Shown here piece by piece: positions 44,815 to 57,840 of a DNA stretch of 64,000 nucleotides (its first letter is position 1; every line of letters begins with the position of its first letter). The notes beneath the pieces were generated by a model. The model was not told where the DNA came from, ran no database searches, and was given only the letters and a program-made list of their open reading frames with translations. The stretch covers positions 153,122 through 217,121 of the forward strand of contig CDMY01001057.1 in NCBI GenBank assembly GCA_001179505.1, in the 5' to 3' direction. The position numbers and the translations under genes are program-made. Origin of the DNA: Vitrella brassicaformis CCMP3155. Lineage: Eukaryota; Protista; Chromerida.

Positions 44815-47167
44815 CTAGATGAGGCCGAAGTCGGTGTGCTGCCTCGCCCCGGGCCTGATGCCCCTGGCGGCCCGCACCCCGCCATAGCCCCAGAAGCTGT
44901 TCTGCCGCTCCACACCAGCAGGTGCACCCCCACGCACCACCACACGACCCACACTCGGCGCAGCAACAGCAGGGGCAGCAACCGCTGCAGCAGCAGGAGC
45001 CGCACTGGCTGCCGCTGCTGCGGCCATAGCAGCGGCCTTAGGCGGCGGTGTAAAGGCTCTTCTGTGAGGGTGGTGCGCCATTGGTGGCGGCTGCCAGGCC
45101 TTGTGTTCTGCCGCCGCCCACGCGGCTCTGTCGCCTGCTGGCATCGCGTGAGCAGGAGCGTGGCCGTACATGGCGGCCTTGCTCACGAGGTCCTCGCTCC
45201 TTGACCGGGCTAGGATTCCATAGCGATGCTTCTCCATCTGGAGCGGGGACGGGGCTGGCGTCTCCTGGGGGCGGACCGGAGGTGATATCTTCGGCCCCAG
45301 GGTCTGGGGCGGCTGCTGCTGCTGCGGTGTCGTCTGTGTCGGTGTCTTGGTCCAGGTCGGGTGGGGAAGGGGCGGCCTTCGGAAGGCCCCCGCCACTCCA
45401 GCACTCGCCGGCCTGTTGTCGGTCGTAGGTGTCTGTGTCTGAGCAGGGTGCTTCCCAGTTCCAGGGTAGAGAGGCGGCGTTGCTGCGGCGGCTCTGGGAT
45501 GAGCTGGAGCTGCTGCCGCTGCTGCTGGCAGAGGAGGCCGCTTGTGCGGCACGGCAGCCAATCTGCCAGGGAAATCGGGGCGAATGGCGACGTCGACTTT
45601 GGGGCTGGACCTGCCGACACGATGGAGGCACATCCACGGGGCGGCGAAGTTCGTGTCTGTGTGAATGGATGGGTACATAATAAGTGTACGATACCATAAC
45701 ATGCCATGACACCAGCACCAGCAGCCAGCCATTCACAAACCAACGTGTCCTGTCCTGTCCTGCGCTGTGTACCGGTCGGCCTCTCTGACTCTCTCTTGGC
45801 CTGTCTGGCTGTCTGGCAGGTTTCGCGGGCAATTACCTGGAGTGCGAGTAGTGGCGGAGGAACTGTTGGATGGGATGAAGCAGATCCTGACAGACAGCAC
45901 ACAGATGCAATGAGCGCATGACTGGGTGTCTGTCTGTCGGCCTGTCTGTCTGTCTGTCTGTCTGCATGTGTGCCCACCGCACCTGGTAGAAGTCGTATTC
46001 GTTGTGCGATGCGGTCGAACTGAACTTGGACATCTGACGCACACACGCACAGATGAACAACCAAGCTTTCTGAGCACCCTCCCTCTTGCCATCCGTCTGT
46101 CTCTGTGTGCGGGTGCCGACCTTGAGTTCTCCGTTGTATCCCTTGTTGAGTCTGTGTGAGTGGTATGATGGGATGACGTCGTCCCGCTCGCCGTGGAGCA
46201 GGCAGAGGGGCGTGTCGGGGGACAGCCGACGGAGATTCGCCTCGTTGTCCCACAAATTGCCAATCAACAGAGTGCCCACGTGGGCGTAGTCTGTTCACAC
46301 ATACACATACGTCAAGTAGAGGAGGGAGGGATGCCGCACGTGTGTGTCTGTTGGCTTGCGGGCGGGCAGCTGCCAACCTTTGACGACTGCGTGAATGGAT
46401 ATGTATGGGCTGTGTAGGACGAGCCCGCCCACGCCCTTGCCCTCCTCCTTCAAACGACGACTCAACTGACACGCCGGACCTGCACACGCGCACAAAGGAA
46501 GGAGACAGAGACAATAGCCAGCCGTCTCCCTCCCTTGTGCGTGTCCGTCCCATCGACCCCTCACCCACCTGTGCCGATGGACCTCCCAAATACGATGATG
46601 GCCTTGGCTGGCACGTTGCACGCCTCATGCAGCCAGTCAAAACCCGCCCTCGCCACGTCATCGATCCCATCCCCACTCGGGGAACCAGACGACAGACCAT
46701 ACCTGTGTGCAGTTTGCAATGCACCACGAAACCGACACAGACAGACAGACCAGGTGAGCCCCCACGATGCGTTCCGTTGTGCGTCGCTGTGTGATGTGGC
46801 TGACCCCGGGTATTCGACGGCGAGTACGTTGGCGCCGAGTATGTGCGATAGGACCTCCAGCTCCTCCCGCATGTGCCCCAGGTCACACGAGTTGCCGTGG
46901 AAGTACAACAGGTTGTGGTTGGTCGGCGTCGGCGACTTGATGAACAGCGCAGGGAACCGCTCGTCGCTGCCGCCGCCCTCCCCCGAATGACGCTTGGGGA
47001 TCCATATCAGGCCCTTCAGGTCCGTCGAGTACTGCAGGCAACGCACACACAGACGGAGAAGCACACAAGGCAGGTGGGAGGGGAGAAGGGGAAGAGGGCC
47101 ACTGCGCTCCACCTGCTTGTTTGCTCACCGAGCCGGGAGGCGCCGGAAAGAGAATCAAGTTGCCCAT
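44815..47167 (-). CDS. Alpha/beta-hydrolase, ABHD17/ABHD13-like, with a long Pro/Ala-rich C-terminal tail
   Basis: MGNLILFP start; LYFHGNSCDLG, AVEYPG|YG, nucleophile FGRSIGTG, LHSPY, LLHGERDDVIP (Asp), SHNE (His). Confidence 0.9.
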
Positions 47168-47599
47168 GGCGCGTCACTCGGAAGCCGGGCAGGCGTGAAA
47201 TCGGGGAAACGTTGCCAAGTCAGGGGCGAAACTATTCTATGCTCTTTGCTGTCTGTGGGTGTGAGCCAAAACTACAACAAGGCGCCCTCCTCTGCCGGTC
47301 GTGTTTTCTCCATTCCAGCTCGCATGTCAGTTTAAGCTCGCATTTTGACAGGGATTGAACTCACGTATGAAGCCACTGCACGAAAGCATCTGCCGTCGCG
47401 GAACAAGCAGCATGCACACACGTGAAGTGAATAAAAGCTCACAGATACAGATCACGCTATGAACAAACCCGTCGGCGGCCCACTGGCCGGCCGGCCGGGT
47501 ACGGTCGAATGGGACGGACACAAAAACGAATGTATAGACACGCAAATGATGCCCTTAAATGCACGCACAGGGATACAAACAGCCGTCCTGTGTTGCCGA

Positions 47600-50500
47600 T
47601 CATGTGGCTGTTCGGATGCCGTCGACGGTGCTGGCGTAGTGGGCCTCCTGATTGCACATCGGGCACTTGAGCTGGGCGTCCCGGGCGACGTCATCAGGCA
47701 CTCGCCGCTGCAGGGCCTCCAGCCGCGCCTTCTCCCTCTTGGCCGCATCGTGGGCCGCCGCCATCTCACGCCAGCAACCCTCACACAGACACTTCTGCAC
47801 ACACACACACACAATGAAGTCAATGAGATGTCATTCTGTGTGTGGTCGCTGACCTGCAGACACGGGAAGAAGACCACGGTCGGCCGCTTGGAGATGCACA
47901 TGACGCAGGTGCCCTCCCCGCCATCGCCAGAGGCAGCGGCAGCGGCAGCCGTCTCCTCCTTCTCGAGTGCAGCATGACGCACAGCGGCCTCTTTGGACAG
48001 CTCTCGCAGCTCTTGATTGGCCTTCTTGATGTCGCGCTTGAAGGCGTCCACCGCTGCGATGCTCGTGAGCGACTCGAGACGAGTAGGGGTCAGCCTGACG
48101 ACGGGCAAGCAAACAGACAGAGGGAGAGGCGCATGACGGCCCGTCTGTGTGTGTCTGTGGGCCTTTGGTTACCGTTTGTTTGCCTCTTGCTGCAGTGTGT
48201 GGTGCTCTTGCTCGAGTGTCTGGAGGGCCGCCTCGGCCTTGATGTGCTCCTCCGTCATCCGAGAGATGTCACACTCCAACCTGACACACACACACACACA
48301 CACACGTGTGCAGGGGTATGGCTGCTGGTTGGCATAGGGAGCGCTCTGTCTTACTGGTCTATGTCACATTGGGTGTGCTCTGTGGCCTCGAGCAGCTGCT
48401 CCTCAGTCGACGACTCGTTCAGCAACACACTCATCTCATGACACACTGGCACGCCACACCTGATTGACGCACACACAACGGAGCTATCACACCAATGGAA
48501 TGAAGATGGCAGTCCCTCTCTCCCCATCCTACCCGTCTGCAGAGGAGGAAGCAGCAGCAGCGGCAGCGGCCGGGGCGTTCTGTTGCTCGGCTGCGGGTGC
48601 CTTCTTGGCTTTGAGTGCGCCGCTCTGCAGCTGGTTGGCACGCCGCTCTGCGGCTACGAGCAGCTCGTCGAGCCGCTCCTCCTCGCGGCTGATCTTGGCC
48701 TCCAGCTCACGCACTTCAGCAGCAGTGGACAAGGATGCCAACACATCCTGGCTCAGACTGCATCAACAGCACACAGAACAGAGCCGCTGTGTGGGCCCTC
48801 TCCTTGTGTGTATCGCTCACTTGGGTGTGACGTATCTGAGTCGTCGTATGTTTGTCTTGAGCTCCTTGACGCGGTCGGTCGCCCGCCGACGGGCCTCAAG
48901 CACATCGCCGTACTGAGCCTCCAGACTGCTCACAGGCATGGACGATACACAGACCAACACGCGACAGTGTGGCTGCGTCAAACACATACACGGCCGTGTG
49001 GTGTCCGTCTGACCTCTCCTTCTTGTCGATGGCGTCATTCAGCTCAGCCCGCAGCTGAGCCACGCCATCAGCCGGAGGGAAGCTGCACACACATTGGCCA
49101 CACTGTCAGCGAAAGGCCACACAGCGGACCGATTGTGTCTGCTGCCTTACTCATCCGGTCGGGTTGACGGCTGGGCTGTGGAGGGCCGGTCGGCCGGTGT
49201 GGTGCTGACCGTCGATGGGACCGGCGGGTCGACAAACGATGACCTGATGGATGGATGGATCACACACACAACACGGCACCATCAGTTGAGTCCATGTGGT
49301 TAAGGGCCCTCTGTGTGACTTACGATGAGCTGAGCGGCTGGTAGTAAGGGTCAGCCAACAAGTGGCTGGCCGGTGCGCCATCAGCAGGCCGGAGGGCGGT
49401 GGAGGGAATGGGCGGGGGGCCCATGTCATCCGGAGGCTCATGGCTAAGGAGATGTTGCTGCTGGTGGTCACTCGGGGCGTCAAACAGGGCCGGCTCGACA
49501 CTGCAGACCACACAAGTACAGATGTGTCGACGTGAAGGTGTCGGCGGGCCTGTCTGTACCTGTCGTCATGTGTGTCTGGCGGGCAGCTCGGCGTAGCAGC
49601 TTCATCCGTCGCATCATCTACCTCTTGAGTCTCGTGCTGTGTGTTGTTACCACCCTCAGTCTCCCCACTGGCTGGCTCGGCCTCTGCTTGCTGAGCCGCT
49701 GCCGTCAAACGCTAAAGGCAATGACACACACAAAAATGTCAGGTGTCATGGCTTCATGTGCAGGTCTCCGTGAGAGCAGCAGTACCTTGAGTCTCTTCTG
49801 TTCTCGTTTCCTGGCCGCCCTCTCCTCCTTCTCACGCTCCATCTTCTTCTCACGCAGCAGCTCGGCCTCGGCAGCCTTCCGACGCGACTCGAGATGAGCA
49901 ACCAACACATCCACACACAACTGACCATACAACAGACAAGTAGACGGACAACCTGTCACTGGTGCGCCTTGATGCCTGCTGGCTGACCTTACAGCCAAAG
50001 TTGCGTGCGACGTCGGGTGCTGTCAGCCGAACCTTGTTGACCGCCTCAGCGTCGACTCCCTTCGCGAGGAGCCACTCGATCATCCTAGACCACCCATTGA
50101 TGGCCTCCAGGTGCAGCAGAGAGTTCCCCTGCCCGTCACGGCAGTGGATGTTGAGCACGGACCCCTTCCTCCGCCCTCCCTTGCCCTTGGTCGGTGCGCT
50201 CCGCATGAGACCGTGGCGATCGAGCACCTCCAGGGTGGCCACTGCACGCGACTGCAGCGCCTTCTCCTTCGCCTCCCTTGTCGCTATGCCAACCGCCTCC
50301 TCTTCTCCCCCCTCTTGCACTTGTGAATCGGCACACTTGCCTTTGCTGGTGGCCTTCTTGCGGCTCTTGCGGCTGCTGACCTTGGGCTGTGGAGGGGGCT
50401 GGGAAGCTGTCACACAAGAGTCTCAACACGAGCTGATCTGGCTCAATCGATCACTAATTCACCTTCGGTATCTTGGCTGTCTTGCGGCAGCTCCTCCGGT

Positions 50501-53500
50501 GCCCCGACGCAGGCCAGCTGAAGGAGATTCATGCCCGCATGAAAGTCTCCCTCAGAGCGGACTGATGGGTCGGCATGCGGCTGCCGCAGAAGGAAGTCGA
50601 GGACCTCAGGAGCATGCTCAAAGGCAGCGGCGCCTGAGGACCCGAAGTCAGATTGGCATCCATCTGGCATTCCTCCTCCTGTCTTGCCTTTCTCAAGGGG
50701 GCTCACCGACTGCAGATGTAGACACTTCTTGTCCGCTCTGGCCATTCTCAGCCACGAGGCCCATCTCGTTGACGTCGGTATTGTACTCGACCAACGACTG
50801 CACACAGTCAGACAGGCAGACGGACGCATGAGGCGGCTAAGTGATCTCATGCAGCCTACTTGAGTGCCTACCTTCACGATCTGCAGCACAGAGGGAGCAT
50901 CATACGAGATTGCCAGGATCGCGTCGATCAGCAAAGGCCTCCGCACATAACCTGAGCCGGGACGGATCTTCCTTGGCTCTGTTATGTGGCTCTCCACTTA
51001 CGTCCGATGAGCCGCTCGCTCTCGAAGGGCTCGACGCTGGCGAGCGTTAGATCACGCCAGTTGAGAATCTCCCCGCTCGCCGTCCGCACCTGGCCCACCG
51101 GCAGCCCCTCGCTGCCGCCCTCGGTCGGCTTGATGAAGTTATCCCGCAGCAGTGCCTCGAGCGACCCAGCCGAGCCGTGGACAGCACAAGAGTGGAGGGC
51201 CTGCTTGAGCACGAGGCCGTTCATGTAGGTGATCATGGGCTTGGGCAGCGATGAGAGCGGGGAGTGGTCCTCCTTGAGATCGACACGCTTGCGCCGCCCC
51301 TCTGGCGTCAGCAGGTCGTGTGCGCACGCCTCCCGCACCGCCCTCGCCGTGGCCTTCATCTGCACCACTCCCTTGGTCGCCGCCTCGCGCAGCTCCTGCC
51401 TCTTCTTCTCTTGCGCCGTGGGTGGTGGTGGTGCCTGCACACTGCCGCCCTCCTCCATCCCAACAGCTGCAGCTACCTGCATCCAGCCATCCATCCATGA
51501 AGAGAGTGTGATGTGTGTATGACCGTGTGTGTATGTGGCGGTGCTTTGCTTGCCGTGGCCTTGGAGGATCTCTTGCCGGCTGCGTGGCCCGGGTGGGCCG
51601 CGAGATGCCTCAACAGCACGGCCTCGCACTCCTGCGAAACATGCCAGAGCGTATTCGCTGCCACAGCTCATTGGACGCCATTTCCTTAGCTGACCTTCCG
51701 GCCACACATGCGTGCGATGTCGAGTGGTGTTAGTAGCATTCCGTCCCGGGCGTAGCTGTTGGTAGCCCCAGGGTCGGCCCCCTTCTGCAGTAGCCACTCG
51801 ACCAGGCTGGGCCAGCCACGGATGGCGGCAAGGTGCAGAGGCGTGTCGCCCTCCCGGTCCCTGCTGTTGATGTCGAACATGCCGCTCTCCTTCTCGCCGT
51901 GCTTGATCAGTCCCTCCGCATCAAGGACCTCTATGGTGGCCACGGCCTGCCGCTGTTGCATGTCCTCTCGCCCCGGTGCCGATGTGTGTGTGGGTGTGTG
52001 TGGGGACGTCTCGGTACGCGGGCCCAGGCACACCAGCTGCAGCAGGTCATAACGATCGGGGACGCAGAGGCCTGACGTGTCAGGAAGCAAAGGCAGAACG
52101 TCATGTGTCGAGATGTGTGGTCTGTGTTACCTACCGTTTCCGCACTCAAATCTCACGACTGACGGGACTGACGGGTCGGCACCTGCCTCACGCAGGAGGA
52201 AACGAAGGAGATCAGGACGGTGCCAACTGGCAGCCGCACCTGCACACACACAGAAGGGGCAAAGGCACAGAGACAATGCAGTGAGGCTGTGCTCTCGAGT
52301 CATCTCCTCCTTTGCGGGTCAGTACCAGCTGCAGACGTGACGAGTGTGCGCCAAGAAGGGACAGGCCGTCGTGCATTCACGTCGGCATTGTACGCCAGCA
52401 GCGTCTGCATAGCTCACAGACACATAGAGGCTTCCATTACACGCAACCAGCACGGCAAGCTCAGGGTGTACCTGCATTATCTCTACGGGTGCGTTGGCCA
52501 CGGCCGCCTGCACAGGGAGGGGCGCCCTCGCATACACTGAACATGCAAACAGGCAGAATCAGCACACACACATGCAACAGGAGCCGGTCCGTCCGTCCGT
52601 CTGTCTGTCTGTCTGTCGTCTGTCTGTGTCGTTGTGCACCTTCTACAGCGACGGCATTGAGGGGTTCGTCCAGGTACATGAGCGACGAGTCGAGAGCATC
52701 CAGTGACAGATCGCTCCACTTGAGCACCCTCCCGTCACTCTTGGCCCGCACCTCACCCGCCCTCAGCTTCTTCTTGTCCTTCTCGGTCGGCTTGACGAGC
52801 GCCTCCCTCAGTAGCACCTCGAGCGACCCGACCGCCCCGTGGACCACACACGCCTGCAGGGCGTGGCGGAAGAGCAGCCCGTCCATGAAGGACGGGTCGA
52901 GGTAGCATGAGATGGGCAGCTGGGATAGCAGCGAGTGGCCCTTCTCCAGCTGCACAGTCTTGCGCCCCTCTGCCGGCACCAGCTCGTTTTCTCCGCACAG
53001 CTCCCGCACCGCCCGCACCATGGCCTTCGTCTTCTGGCTGTTGTAGTTCATCCTCCCGAGGCTCTCCTGCTGCTGTCCATCCAGCCGCGCGAACAGGGGT
53101 GATCCATTGCCGGCAACGCCCTCCTTGCGCCCTGAGTGCCTCTCGTTGGCATCGCCCCCGTCCTCACCATCCGATCCATCGTCGCTGTGCGGCGGCCCGC
53201 GAGCCGTGTGCTTGGTGTCCGCCGATGATGTGGGCCCGTCGGGCGCGCTGATGGTGCCGCCGAGATGGGCCGGGAAGACGAAGGGCGACGAGCTGCCGAC
53301 AAGGGAAGGGGCCTTGCCCTGCTGCTGGGGGAGGTCTCTGTCGTGCTGGGGCAAGAGAAGGCCTGGCTCTCGCTCATCCTCCTCGTGTGAGTGGCTGGAG
53401 TGCGTCTTGGGTGCCGGCTGCCCCCGGACGGAGTGGAGCAGGTTGATGTTCCCCTCCAGCAGAGCCGGTCGCTGCGTCGCCGTCGTCACACTCGCGGCCG

Positions 53501-56500
53501 AGGAATGCACACCAGACGCGTCGTCTGTCTGCTCGCCGCCTTCCGTCTCAGCCAGCTCGTCCCTCTGCCGCACCATCTTGCCCATCGCCTGCCGCCTTGC
53601 CGGCCTGTCCATCCCTGCTGTGTCCTTGCTGCCCAGCAGTGAGCTTGGGCTGTCGTCATCCTCAGAGCTGTAATCTCCCTCGAGCAGACCACCATACCAC
53701 GCTTCAGCCGATGGCCAGGCCGCCGCAGATGAGGACACACCCTTGGCCGTCGAAGGCTCGACATCGACGGACGGCTCATCATCCTCCAGCCTGGGGCTGA
53801 GGATCGGTCTACTGACGTCAGGGGCGTCCTGCTGGCGCCGAGAGGGAGCGGTGGGCAGTGAGAGCAGCTTGGTCGGTTGGTCCTCACTTGCTGGCGCTGG
53901 TGTGGGTTGAGAGGCTGGGGCGGGTGGAGGGGGCCCGGATGGCTGGGAGGCGGGGCTGCAAAAAAGCAACTCTGCCTCCTCCTTGAGGCGCTCGTATGCC
54001 TTCATGACAACCTGCCAGCCGCCGGGTCCCTGTGAAGCGAACCTACCCACAGACATCCACCACACACATCATGAGGCATGCATGCCCTGGTGGCTGACCT
54101 TGTGTTGTGCATCAATTTGTCTTCCTCACCGTGCTACGTATTTCCAGCAGGCCTCCTCGAGCCTCTTTCTGCTCTCCGCGTCAGCACCGGCCGACACTAT
54201 CCGATCCACATGCTGAGTGACACACAGGACGGCTAGAGACTCATTCCTGTCTGGTTGATTCTTCGTGTGTGTCCCTACCGCTCCGACGTCATGCAGGAGA
54301 ATCCGCGTTACGCTGAGCGCGTAAGTCTCGTCTAATGATGTGGTCAGGCGGTTGAGGGCCGAGACGGCCTCCTTCTTGGGCCGCAGGTAACGCCTACATA
54401 CATGCACACACGCACACATTCACAAATCAGATGATGTGCATATCCGACGGTGTGCATGGGAGCTGTGTGTGGTGTGGCCCACTTGCAGGCCTTCTCGAGG
54501 TCATTGTCGCTCATGGCATGACAGCTGATGGAGGTAGGGATGTCCTCGAACGCTCGTCCAGCCTTGGCGGCCACCTTCTTGTGCTCGGCCTGTCGGCTGG
54601 GCCTCTCTTTGGCCTTCGGCAGTGGTGGCTGGGCTGGGGGAGGGGGCGTGGGAAGGGGCGTGGCCCTCTGCACGTCCGTCGACGCACAAGCTGCTGAGGG
54701 TGCTGTCGCTGCTGTGGGGGTTCCATCTGATGTAGTGGAACCACAAGCCCCGCTTGCAAGACACCCCGCTAGCGGATCCATCATGGGACACGTCAGAGTC
54801 AAGCAGCTCCTCGACCGACACCAGCACGATGGTCTTGGGAAGTCTGTCAAGGACCACTCCGCGATCCATCAGCTGGTCCATCAGCATCTGTGCGACTCTA
54901 GCAATCTCCATAAAGCGCCCGCCCGTTTCGTTAGCGCCCGCCTCATCCTGCACCTGCTGGATCGTCGCGCCGATCGCCGCCTCCAAGTGCCTCTGCTCCT
55001 GTGGGGATGGGCATGTCGGCGGGGAGGGGTCGCCACTCTCGCACCCGTCGGCCAAACAAACACAGAGGGACTGCATGAACGGACATGCGGAAAGGGCATG
55101 ATAAAATGCGTGTGGTTGATGTGTGCTTCCTTACCCCGTGTTTATACAACCGATGTGAGGAAGTGCTCAGCCCGAATTTGTCGCTCCGCAGGCGAACACA
55201 CAAGTATCGGTGATGGAGCATGCGTTGCCTGAGGCCGGCAGCGACCTCGTGCTTCCACGCGCCACCAGGCCGACAAATCGACTCATTCGCCTGCTCGGCG
55301 ATCTCCGACACAATCCATGCTGCCTCGTCGGGAGGGACGATGTTGCTATGGTTGTCACGAGCGAGCATGCGATTGTACCCCTCCTCACTAACGCCGCACG
55401 CATCTAGAGGAGTCTTCTCCTGACGCAGATGGACGTCACAGACATGTGGATGCCTGTATGTGTCCGTATTGATGTGTGTTCGCACCTTGATATCACTGTG
55501 CGGCGGCCCACGAGCCGTCTGCTTGGTGTCCGCCGATGATGTGGGCCCGTCGGGCGCGCCGATTGTGCCGTCGAGATGGGCCGGGAAGACGAAGGGCGAC
55601 GAGCTGCCGACAAGGGCAGGGGCCTTACCCTGCTGCTGGGGGAGGTCTCTGTCGTGCTGGGGGAAGAAAAGGCCTGGCTCTTGCTCATCCTCCTCGTGTG
55701 AGTCGCCGAGGTGCGTCTCGTCTGACGGCTTGGAGGAGTGGGGGTTCTTCTCCAGCAGGATTCTCAACTCCTCCGAGAGGGAGTGGAGCAGGCTGATGTT
55801 CCCCTGCTTCTGCACCTTGTCGGCACTATCCTGGCTGCTGGTGGCACCCTTCTCGAGCCGCGAGTGCCGCTCCTTGCTGCCCTGACCGGCCTTGCTCTCA
55901 TCGTCAGACCCATCGTCGTTGTAAGCCCGCCGGCGAGCCCGCCGCTGGGTGGCGCCTGATGCCGATGACGGCGGGATGCCGAGGGTACTGTTGAGGTTGT
56001 TGCCGAAGAAGAGGGGCGAGCCCTGCTGGCCGAGGCAGTCGACCTCGCCCAGCTGTGAGGGGTCGCCAAAGTTGGGCATCATATCTTGCTGCAGCTTCCT
56101 TTCTCGCTCCTTGTCCTCGTTTGAGTCGCTGAAGGTCGGTTTGGAGAAGTAGCGGTTCTGCTCGATCTCTCCCTGACGCGACTGCAGCAGGCTGAGGTTC
56201 TCCTCAACCACGCTCAGCTGCCTTCGCCGTGCCGCAATGTCCGCGGGGTCGCCTGGCTGCTCGTGGTCGTTTTCACCTTCACCACCTTCGTTGTCATTGG
56301 CCTGATTGTCGACAATCCCGCCTCTGTCCCGCACCATCTCGCGGATCTTCTGGCGCATCATGACCTCGCTCAGTCCTGTCAGCTCCTTGTTGCCCAGCAC
56401 CGAGTGGGGGCTGTCGTCCTCCTCAGAGCTGTGCCCGACAGCCAAACCCTCACACGCCCCTGATGGAGCTGATGGAGCCGAACCAAACTCCACGGGGCCA

Positions 56501-56581
56501 GCCATGGCCTGTGCGGCCAGGCCCTGAGCCAGATTGCGGCTGAGAAAGGCTCTGCCAGGGGTCGGGCCACCACCACCCTGC

Positions 56582-56612
<31 letters not shown>

Positions 56613-57840
56613 TGAGGCGAGTGCTGCTGGCCTGTGGTGGGGCGGGGCGGCTGGGTTGGCGGCTCGAGAGGTCTGCATCGTCATCGCTGTCCTCTCTGCC
56701 GGCACCGACGCGATCTGCGTTGGTTCCCGCCTGATGAATTCAGTCGATCAACCAGCCAACCAACCAGTGACAGGCATGCAGAGGTGTGTGTGCGTGTGCG
56801 TGCATCTGGATTTCTGCATCTGTCTGTCTGTGTGTCTGTCTGTCTGTCTGTCTGTCGTGTCATGATTACCGACCTGGCTGTTCTGAATTATCTTCCCCAC
56901 CCAGTCGTTCACAGCCTTCTTCTGTAGAGTGTCCTCTTCCTGTTGGGTCCCCTCGGTCGCCGATCTCATGCTCACCGGTTGCCCTTCCAAATCCCGCTTC
57001 ACATCCCGCTCCCTCCCGCCTTCCCTGCGACTTGACGCCACGTGGCTCCTGCTCCCGCTCGCAACCCGGCGGCTCCCTGACGCCTCCTGACCTGGTCGTC
57101 TCGCCCGCAGGTAGTCGCCCTCCCTGACAGGCAGAGACTCCTCCTCATTCTTGTCCTCGTAGAGAGCCTTCCTGGTGCTGCCGGTCAGGCCTTTGCGCAG
57201 GTTCTCGGAGAATGATGATGTGCTCATCGGCAGAATGCGGTCCTGCTGCTTCTGCACCTTCTCGGGGTTCTCTTCCTGTTGGTTCCCCTCGGTCGCCGAT
57301 CTCATGCTCACAGGCTGCCCCTCCACATCCCGCTTCACACCCCTCTCCCTCTCGCTGCGACTCGACGCCACGTGGCTCCTGCTCCCGCCTGCAACCCGGC
57401 GGCTCCCTGACGCCTCCTGACCTGGTCGGCCCACTCGCAGGTTGTCGCCCTCTCTGACGGGCGGAGGCTCCTCCTCATTCTTGTCCTCGTACAGCGCCCT
57501 CCTGGTGCTGCCGGTGAGGCCTTTGCGCAGGTTCTCGAAGAATGATGATGTGCTCACCGGGTCAGCACCCTGCACGCTGTATCCATCTGACGCAGAGAGT
57601 GTGTTGGAGCAGACCTGCTGCACACACACGACAACATCATGCATGGTGTGCGATGACAACATCTTGCTTTCCCGCCTTCTCGCGTTTGTTTTGCACACTG
57701 ACCTGCTGCCTGGTCCGAGTGTTTTGGCCTCCACTGCCCGGCTCCACGTGTGGCCGCACCGCTCCCTCCCTCTCGGTGTGAGCAGCAGCCGCTGGGCGCC
57801 CGCTGCCAGCCAGGCCTCGCTGCTGCTTGAAGTCGCTCAT
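47600..57840 (-). CDS. Very large multi-exon locus: acidic/Ser-rich repeats, two ankyrin-containing modules, coiled coil, C-terminal RING finger (may be two genes or carry a frameshift near 54.7 kb)
   Basis: Ankyrin: DREGDTPLHLAAIRGWPSLVEWLLQKGADP and DGQGNSLLHLEAINGWSRMIEWLLAKGVD; coiled-coil exons 48.0-49.9 kb; RING CVMC...PCLQ|KCLCEGC...CPMC; ATG 57840; frames could not be joined by eye at ~54690-54760. Confidence 0.65.
56935..57556 (-). repeat. Coding tandem repeat, 330-bp (110-aa) period, 2 copies
   Basis: aatgatgatgtgctca at 57211 and 57541; STSSF.ENLRKGLTGSTR.ALYEDKNEEE...SMRSATEG.QQEE twice. Confidence 0.95.

Noticed and set aside
45210-46886. 558-aa minus-strand ORF
   Set aside because: Off-frame read-through of exons and SSR introns of the hydrolase gene; no domain.
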